From Lachnospiraceae bacterium (GTDB lineage Bacteria > Bacillota > Clostridia > Lachnospirales > Lachnospiraceae), in NCBI GenBank assembly GCA_015057115.1, contig SVEZ01000002.1:203456-235455 (forward strand): DNA of 32,000 nt, given 5' to 3'. The position numbers and the translations under genes are program-made. The notes beneath the pieces were generated by a model, which had not been told where the DNA came from, did not search any database, and saw only the letters and a program-made list of their open reading frames with translations. This document shows positions 25,753-32,000 of this stretch, one piece after another. The first letter of the stretch is position 1. Each line of letters opens with the position of its first letter.

Positions 25753-25830
25753 CTTTTTGCTTGTGTCATTTTTGTGAAAACCAGCCTTAGTCAATTTCCA
25801 AAAAAGCCAGTTTTTTTTACATTTAATTTT

Positions 25831-26682
25831 TCAGATGGTTCCGGTGACAGAAATTGTTGTCACTCCAGGAGTAATTTGCCACTCTCCGGTGTCGCTTTGT
25901 GCAAAAGACGCCGCAGGCACTGTAATGACCCCATTATTGGTACTAAAGAGCCCGGTTTCCTCATCATAAGAATAGGATGTCGTCGGCAAAGTCCCTGTAT
26001 TATAAGTAACCACGATATTATTTAATACAGGGTTAAATAAATCGGAAACTACAACATTCGCCTGTTCATCCGCCTCGATATTACCTGTATTTTGAATTGT
26101 AAAGGTATAGGTCACCTGTCCATTCTCTGTTACGGTTGTTGGTGAAAGCGCTTTACTAATTGAAAGCACCGGTGTTTCTTCTATTGTAATCGTTTCAGAC
26201 GCGCTCACAGGCGTAATTCTGTTTGTATCACTTAATACAGCTGTATTGGTAATTAAAGATCCAACCTCCAAGGGAGCATAGGTGTTAATGTCCGCTTCAT
26301 AAATCAACATTGCATTCCCGTTTGCCGGAACACTGATTCCCGATACTTGTAAAGGATTCGTTGCAGTTATCTGTGGAACCGGCTGCAAAACGCCATTTAC
26401 ATAGTATTGTAACGAGTCTTCCACATACGTAAGAGGAACAACATCTAATCCGGATGCAAGGGCATAGGCTCCAAGATCATCCTCCCATTGCAAGTTGTTA
26501 TAAGCTGTCGCTCCCGAATTATTCATACTATAAACGTACGTTACTTTTCCCGCTGCATCATATGTATCTCGTAATGCGGTTTTTGTTGCAGATAAAACCT
26601 CTACAATTTCTCCGGTAGTAATGTTAGATGTGGTAGTCTGACCATTATAGGTCAAAACCGCCTGGTTTTGAAAGGATGCCAT
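25831..26682 (-). CDS. DUF11-like 'conserved repeat domain' beta-rich protein without a signal peptide
   Basis: 283 aa. The N-terminus reads MASFQNQAVLTYNGQTT. An internal ...VLSISKALSPTTVTENGQVTYTFTIQNTGNIEA... block is typical of DUF11/CARDB-like repeats. It is T/N/V-rich with no N-terminal hydrophobic leader. A GGAGGA ribosome-binding site is present. Confidence 0.72.
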   Translation of the reverse strand: MASFQNQAVLTYNGQTTTSNITTGEIVEVLSATKTALRDTYDAAGKVTYVYSMNNSGATAYNNLQWEDDLGAYALASGLDVVPLTYVEDSLQYYVNGVLQPVPQITATNPLQVSGISVPANGNAMLIYEADINTYAPLEVGSLITNTAVLSDTNRITPVSASETITIEETPVLSISKALSPTTVTENGQVTYTFTIQNTGNIEADEQANVVVSDLFNPVLNNIVVTYNTGTLPTTSYSYDEETGLFSTNNGVITVPAASFAQSDTGEWQITPGVTTISVTGTI

Positions 26683-26710
26683 TTCTTATCCTCCATTCTT
26701 TTTTACATAA

Positions 26711-26738
26711 TATTGTATGCCACTTACCGTATTTCAGT
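26711..26738 (-). promoter_or_regulatory. Mother-cell sigma (sigma-K/sigma-E)-like promoter match
   Basis: The minus strand reads AC, 17 nt, CATACAATA, which fits AC-N16-17-CATAnnnTA and CATACAnT. It lies about 30 nt upstream of the DUF11-like ATG. This is a pattern match only. Confidence 0.35.
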
Positions 26739-26787
26739 GCATGAACGGCAAACTACATTCTATGCAAAAATTCCATAAATAATTCCA

Positions 26788-26820
26788 TAAAAAAAGAGCA
26801 CTGCAGCTAGGCAGCGCTCT
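26788..26820 (-). terminator. Rho-independent terminator of the soluble MCP gene
   Basis: The minus strand reads AGAGCGCTGC-CTAGCT-GCAGTGCTCT followed by TTTTTTT. Confidence 0.8.
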
Positions 26821-26831
26821 TTCAAAGATTC

Positions 26832-27809
26832 TTATCGAATTTCTTTGGCAATAACATCCAATATGGGATTAATTTTTTCCAAAGCATTACTCATTTCATT
26901 CATCATACCATCTTTTCGTTCCAGTTTATCCTGCAAATTTCGAACATTATTCGCAACATCATCGAAATAATCCTGTGATCCGCCAATATTCTGAGAAATC
27001 TCCATAATCTCACTATCACAACGATTGATTACCAATCCAATCTGATCGCCTTCATCACGAACATTATCCGCAACCGCACGAATATTATCAATGATGCCTT
27101 CTGTTTCTGTAATATTCTGGTGGGATGTTTCAATAGCTGCCTTCGTATCTTCCAGGGAATCCACCAGTCGGCTGTTGTTATCGTCCAATTCCTGCATACT
27201 ATCGCCAATTTCAGAAACCAAATCTTTAATTTCCTGAGAAAGCTTATTAACTTCCGTAGCAACTACCGCAAATCCTCTTCCGGCCTCTCCTGCACGTGCA
27301 GCCTCAATGGAAGCATTTAAAGCAAGAAGATTGGTCTGGTTTGCAAAATTGTTAATCTGATTTACTTTTTCCTGGATATCATCAAAACTCTTCTGGAACT
27401 CAGCAAACACCTTCTGCATTGTATCAATCGTATCAGAAACAGAATTGGAACTTTCATCTACCTTATGCATACTCGCATTGGAATCATCTGCTGTTTTCAT
27501 TAATTCTTTAATAATATCTTCAAAGTGATCCGTGACTGCGTGAATTGTATTAAACTCCTGCTGAAAGCTACTAATACTCTCTGAAATATTACTGTATTTG
27601 TCTTGTACCAGGCTAAAGGATTGCTGAATAGTATCAATTCCTTCCTTTGTGACCATTTCCTCTTTCTGAAGCTTCTTCTGCTGTTCCACAGCAAAACGAC
27701 CGGCTTCCCTTAACGGAGCAATATGTCTTCCAATATTACCTACGTCCGTCTTCTGTTGCATTGTACCTGCGTTGTTTTCTTCTTGGCCCTTCTTTTTAAA
27801 CATGTCCAT
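26832..27809 (-). CDS. Soluble methyl-accepting chemotaxis protein (signalling domain only, no TM segments)
   Basis: 325 aa. The highly conserved MCP hairpin tip reads [32 protein letters not shown]. There is no hydrophobic segment. A GGAGGA ribosome-binding site is present. Confidence 0.9.
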   Translation of the reverse strand: MDMFKKKGQEENNAGTMQQKTDVGNIGRHIAPLREAGRFAVEQQKKLQKEEMVTKEGIDTIQQSFSLVQDKYSNISESISSFQQEFNTIHAVTDHFEDIIKELMKTADDSNASMHKVDESSNSVSDTIDTMQKVFAEFQKSFDDIQEKVNQINNFANQTNLLALNASIEAARAGEAGRGFAVVATEVNKLSQEIKDLVSEIGDSMQELDDNNSRLVDSLEDTKAAIETSHQNITETEGIIDNIRAVADNVRDEGDQIGLVINRCDSEIMEISQNIGGSQDYFDDVANNVRNLQDKLERKDGMMNEMSNALEKINPILDVIAKEIR

Positions 27810-28605
27810 TCCTCCGTTTTCTTCTCATTAAGCATTCTTTCACTTTCTTGCTTCGAAAACTCATGAATGTATTATACAGCGCAATTATTAAATTTGTTTG
27901 AATTCCAATACAATTTTCTAACTTTTTATTCTGAGCTCGTGGATTTTCGATATATCTTTTGATTTAATTTTATGTAATAACGCTTTATTTTACGTGGATT
28001 CTATTCTCAGTTTCCATTGCAACAGCATCCCAAAATTCAATATTTTCTTACCCCTATACATAGATAATTTTCCTCGCCAAAAGGCGTTTTTTCTACGAAT
28101 TCACTTATTACATGCCGCACCAGTCATAACAACAATAAATTTTTCCTTATCCCCCCCATTCTAATTTGATTACATTCAATAAATCAGCAAAAAACATATT
28201 ATTATCCACCACTTCCTTCTCAAAATTCGAAAATCCCTTCCTAACTCTTTCATTACTCCAGGCCTGGTTCAGCTCACATTTCAATGTTATTTACCGATTT
28301 CCATTTCTTCTATATTCCTCGTTTTCCTACGCACTATTAGTGTATCATTGCATATAATTATATTTCCTTTTTATCCTGTCATTTACATAATTATTATTTT
28401 TTTCAGTTCTTTTTCCATGTGTTTTTTACACATTTTTCCGAAAAAAATCGACTTTGCAAGTTTTCCTTCACAGTCTTTTGTCATTTCGTTTTCAAAGTAT
28501 GTTGTTTTCTATTGGTGGTGTATTTTATATTAATTCAAATTATAATTTTCCATCATTTAATATTTCCTCCACAAAATCACCATTTTGCATTTTTTGATTC
28601 GTTTT

Positions 28606-28887
28606 CTATTCTGCATCAAACTTAGATAGATTTACTCCATCCGGGAAATTCTCCTGTATTATTTTTATCTTTTGTGCTCTAGTAAGCTGCTTAATCTGCC
28701 ATTCTCTGCTCATGGCCTCTTCTTTGCTAAAATGCTCCTCATAATACACTAAGGTAACCGGATGTCTGGAGCGGGTATATTTAGCTCCTTTTCCACTGTT
28801 ATGAGCTTCCAATCGTTTTATCAAATCATTGGTCCAGCCCGTATAGTAACTTCCGTCCTTACAACAGACAATATACGTATAATTCAT
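28606..28887 (-). CDS. GIY-YIG nuclease family protein (UPF0213/YhbQ-like)
   Basis: 93 aa. Reads YTYIVCCKDGSYYTGWTNDLIKRLEAHNSGKGAKYTRSR.PV.LVYYE.F....AM.RE.QIK, a classic short GIY-YIG protein. Confidence 0.9.
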   Translation of the reverse strand: MNYTYIVCCKDGSYYTGWTNDLIKRLEAHNSGKGAKYTRSRHPVTLVYYEEHFSKEEAMSREWQIKQLTRAQKIKIIQENFPDGVNLSKFDAE

Positions 28888-28934
28888 ACTTGCACTCTGC
28901 CCTTCATTTTTCCTTAAATAGTAATAGCTTTATC

Positions 28935-28990
28935 GCAAAAGAAAGCCTTGTTTCAGATTCATAACTCCAAAACAAGGCCTTTTTCTTTGC
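28935..28990. terminator. Hairpin terminator downstream of the Cache-MCP gene
   Basis: GCCTTGTTT (28945-28953) pairs with AAACAAGGC (28970-28978) across a 16-nt loop. T-rich flanks are present on both strands. Confidence 0.55.
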
Positions 28991-28999
28991 TATAGAACT

Positions 29000-30706
29000 T
29001 TAAATCTTGAAGAAATCGATTAGTTCTGCCAAGTGATTTGACAACTTCTTCAGTTCATCCGACATATCGCTCACTTCATAAACTGCATTGGAAATCTGTT
29101 CAACGGAGGCCGCAGTCTCTTGCGAGGAAGCTGCATTCTCTTCACTAATTGCTGAAAGATTTGATACATTATCGTTCAATGAAGCACATAAATTCTTAAC
29201 TTCATCGGAACTGTTCTTAATATCGGTAACCATATTCTTGGTTTGTTCAATATTCTCAACCAATCCTTCAATGGAATCTCTGGACTCGCTACTGGATGCC
29301 TTCTGTCTATCCATAATATCATTCAGCTCCCTAACCATTTCCACCGCTTCTGCTGTTTCAATCTTAAGGTTACCCATAATCTGGTTAATCTTATCTGAAC
29401 TTTGTCTGGACTGATCTGCCAACTGTCTAATTTCTCCTGCAACTACCGCAAATCCCTGGCCAGCCTCACCGGCTCTGGCTGCCTCAATAGAAGCATTTAA
29501 TGATAAAAGATTGGTTTGTTCTGCAATTCCGTTAATATCATCCGCAGCCACCGTAACATCGTTAACCGCATTGGCAACCGCTTCCATTTTTTCTACAATC
29601 ACATCCAGATTTGAGATACTGGATTCAATATCACTAATCAAATGACTAAAGCTATCAATTACACTCTTGGATGCCTTGGTCATTTCAACGGTATTCTCTT
29701 CTGTGCTGTCCACATTCTGATTAACCATTTCCATCTTGGCTAAAATATCAGATACATGATCCGCTGCAGTGGTAACTTCCTGTGCCTGAGATGTTGCACC
29801 GTCTGCAATTCCGGTCACCGCATTGGAAAGATCACCCATGGTATCCGAGGTTGTAGTTGCCGTCTTTGTGAGTCCATCGGCATCCTTTAACAACATATCG
29901 ATGTTATCCCGTATACCAACAATGGCTTCTCCCACCTTTAACTTAACGGTATTTACACCCCTTGCCATTTCTCCGAGTTCATCTTTACGCTTGGTTCCCA
30001 TGGATACTTCTTCTCTGGAGAAATTTCCATCCGCAAGATCCAAACAAACTCTCTGAGATGCAATAATAACTCGTGCCAGTCTTGATGAAAAAATAATAGC
30101 AAATACGATAACCAATGCCATAATACCAATACCAATAGCAATAATACTGATTATCGTGGTTCGAATCTGGCTTTCCATGGTGGACTGATTCATACCGGTA
30201 AACACAGCTCCGATTACTTCATCCGTCTTGGGCTGATACAATGGAACGTAACAAACAACACATTTCTTTCCACCGACTACAACACCTGTCGCCAAATGTT
30301 CTTCTCCACCCATTACCTTACTTGCTATCCCCGGATCAATCTGTGTACCCACAGCTCTTTCACCGTTGTTCTTCACAGAGGTAAGCATTCGCGTATCATT
30401 AATAATGATGGTCGAGTACATCTGTGTCTGTTCATATAGCTCATCCAAAACAGTATTAACATAGCTAAGATCTGTCGGTCCCAACCATAGCGCATCTCCC
30501 TCTACATGATAGGTACCGTCATCAATTTCCTGCAGAATATTTCTTACGGAACATGCTGCCGTACGTAACGATGTTTTGTAGGATGATGTCATGGCATTGT
30601 CCATTCTAATTGCAGTTGCAACGCCAAACACTATGGTAATGATCAATGTCGGCAGGATAGCCAATAACATCAGCTTACCCTTTAGTCCGAATTTCTTCAT
30701 TTTCAT
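29000..30706 (-). CDS. Transmembrane methyl-accepting chemotaxis protein with an extracytoplasmic Cache-type sensor and HAMP
   Basis: 568 aa. It has two TM segments flanking a sensor of about 150 aa, then a HAMP domain. The MCP tip reads [32 protein letters not shown]. Confidence 0.92.
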   Translation of the reverse strand: MKMKKFGLKGKLMLLAILPTLIITIVFGVATAIRMDNAMTSSYKTSLRTAACSVRNILQEIDDGTYHVEGDALWLGPTDLSYVNTVLDELYEQTQMYSTIIINDTRMLTSVKNNGERAVGTQIDPGIASKVMGGEEHLATGVVVGGKKCVVCYVPLYQPKTDEVIGAVFTGMNQSTMESQIRTTIISIIAIGIGIMALVIVFAIIFSSRLARVIIASQRVCLDLADGNFSREEVSMGTKRKDELGEMARGVNTVKLKVGEAIVGIRDNIDMLLKDADGLTKTATTTSDTMGDLSNAVTGIADGATSQAQEVTTAADHVSDILAKMEMVNQNVDSTEENTVEMTKASKSVIDSFSHLISDIESSISNLDVIVEKMEAVANAVNDVTVAADDINGIAEQTNLLSLNASIEAARAGEAGQGFAVVAGEIRQLADQSRQSSDKINQIMGNLKIETAEAVEMVRELNDIMDRQKASSSESRDSIEGLVENIEQTKNMVTDIKNSSDEVKNLCASLNDNVSNLSAISEENAASSQETAASVEQISNAVYEVSDMSDELKKLSNHLAELIDFFKI

Positions 30707-30882
30707 GCCTCCATTTGTATGAAATTGTTGTTGCTCATGCCATCATGCCACTACATCTTGTGCCTAGCAACTGCTTTCATTCTAATTCAAATTTGTGTCT
30801 AAATTAAGAACAATCCAATAAGTTATTATTAATTTATCATTTTCGTAGTTTTTCGTCAGACCATCCTCTATATTTTAGAAAT

Positions 30883-32000
30883 TTACCATTTAATTTTTTC
30901 TTTACAAGCAAAAAATTCGCGAATTTTTCCGGCAATCAAATCTACTCCTCCCGCTTCTCTTGTTTCGATATTGAGTGGTAATAAAGGATCATGTAAAGAC
31001 ATTCGAAGCAAAATCCAACCATGAATATTGTCATCCTGATAGGAAACACGTACACCTTCATAATTATTTGGTAAAACCCTAAATCCTTTCTGTTTTTCAC
31101 AGAAATACTGAAACTCATCAATAATCTGATTTCCGTACTCAGAATAATTTTCAGCAAGGATTTTTAGACGATACTCAGCTGCATCCTGGGGATATTTCAG
31201 CTTATTTATAAGTGTTTCCATTCTCTGTCCTTTTGCATGACGTCTGGCAAGTTCAATAACCATTTTTACACAAAGATACGCTCCATCATCCAAAAAATAG
31301 TTTTCTTTTAACGCACCATGGCCGGAGGTCTCCATCGCAAGACAAGTTTCTTCTCCCTCTTTATTTAATCGAATTGCCTCATTAATTACATTCTTATATC
31401 CACGTTTAAATCGGTGGTGCTTCATTTTAACCTCATTCGTCAAAAACTCCGTCAATTCGTCTGAGGTAACGGAATCCGTAACAACGGTTGTTCCCGGCTT
31501 TTCCTGCGCAATAATGGCTGCCATCAGCGCAATAAATGCATTTCTGCTTACTTCAGTTCCATCAGCAAACACTGCGGCGGCACGATCCACATCTGTATCA
31601 AAGATAAGACCGAAATCTCCCTGGTTGGCAACTGTTGCTTTTCGAATCGCCTCCATAGCTTCCTTATTTTCCGGGTTCGGAATATGGTTTGGAAAAGTTC
31701 CATCCGGTTCTAAGAACTGGCTTCCGGTGATATCTGCCCCTAAAGGCTGCAAAACTTTTGTCGCAAAAAAGCCCCCTGCACCGTTACCTGCATCTACTAC
31801 AATGCGAAGTCCCGACAGCGGTCTATCATAATCTTTTGCTTTAACTCCTTCTTTTATCAAACCACATAAATGCTCACTATACCGAGATAAAAGGTCATAT
31901 TCTTCATCAGCCCCAGAACAGATTGTATATTTTCCATTTAATAAAGCATCTTTTTCATATGCCAGTGTGAGTAATTCTGTGATTTCTTTTTTTTCCAGCC
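30883..32000 (-). CDS. Alpha-D-phosphohexomutase (phosphoglucomutase/phosphomannomutase family); 5' end outside the window
   Basis: The reading frame stays open to the window edge (...LEKKEITELLTLAYEKDALLNGKYTICSG...). Motifs seen are DAGNGAGG, FDTDVDR (metal-binding loop) and ETSGHGA. Confidence 0.85.
   Translation of the reverse strand, partial: LEKKEITELLTLAYEKDALLNGKYTICSGADEEYDLLSRYSEHLCGLIKEGVKAKDYDRPLSGLRIVVDAGNGAGGFFATKVLQPLGADITGSQFLEPDGTFPNHIPNPENKEAMEAIRKATVANQGDFGLIFDTDVDRAAAVFADGTEVSRNAFIALMAAIIAQEKPGTTVVTDSVTSDELTEFLTNEVKMKHHRFKRGYKNVINEAIRLNKEGEETCLAMETSGHGALKENYFLDDGAYLCVKMVIELARRHAKGQRMETLINKLKYPQDAAEYRLKILAENYSEYGNQIIDEFQYFCEKQKGFRVLPNNYEGVRVSYQDDNIHGWILLRMSLHDPLLPLNIETREAGGVDLIAGKIREFFACKEKIKW

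Noticed and set aside
27935-27960. A sigma-D (flagellar/chemotaxis sigma-28)-like CGATAT box near the soluble MCP gene.
   Set aside because: It is on the plus strand, pointing away from the MCP gene, with no downstream plus-strand gene. No TAAA-N15-GCCGATAT match was found on the minus strand.
28166-28625. Plus-strand ORFs 28166-28357, 28348-28533 and 28419-28625, which are Phe/Leu/Ile/Ser-rich.
   Set aside because: They are products of translating a T-rich tract. They have no ribosome-binding sites, they overlap one another in different frames, and the flanking genes run the opposite way.
1-32000. A scan for tRNA, rRNA, CRISPR repeats, IS inverted repeats, integrase or transposase genes, and defence-island signatures.
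   Set aside because: Nothing convincing was found by eye. There are no regularly spaced direct repeats, no cloverleaf-like conserved tRNA boxes and no recombinase motifs. MazF, GIY-YIG and AP2 are isolated single genes in housekeeping context, not a clustered defence island.

Overview
This window looks like a chromosomal core region of a low-GC, spore-forming Firmicute (Clostridia, Lachnospiraceae-like). That reading rests on a T-box leader, Rex, a SpoIID/LytB protein and AGGAGG-type ribosome-binding sites. I support 29 protein-coding genes, 23 of them on the minus strand, with 2 truncated by the window edges.

Minus-strand genes, in coordinate order:
- CNNM/hemolysin-family protein (partial)
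- MazF/EndoA toxin
- 214-aa charged coiled-coil protein, overlapping rex by 8 nt
- rex
- ABC-F ATPase, co-operonic with an atypical receiver-like protein
- EF-G II paralog
- PilZ protein
- pheS-pheT-queA behind a Phe T-box
- YihY/BrkB membrane protein
- SpoIID/LytB protein with a long structured leader
- OmpR-type two-component pair
- MetRS-like synthetase
- L,D-transpeptidase
- leaderless DUF11-like repeat protein
- two MCPs
- GIY-YIG protein
- phosphohexomutase (partial)

Plus-strand islands:
- a Cys/Asn-rich 63-aa peptide followed by two small helical proteins
- a cheY-like gene, an MshEN-like/CheX-like fusion and a double-AP2 protein

I saw no rRNA, tRNA, CRISPR array, transposase or integrase.

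Most interesting candidates:
1. A CheY-adjacent protein with four 29-residue MshEN-type (c-di-GMP-binding-type) repeats fused to a CheX-like domain.
2. The internally duplicated Cys/Asn-rich hydrophobic peptide locus.
3. A MazF toxin with no room for a canonical antitoxin.
4. An unclassified structured leader, about 275 nt, upstream of the spoIID-like gene.
5. An ORF-free, strand-asymmetric tract of about 800 bp.

All family assignments come from reading motifs by eye. No database search was run.
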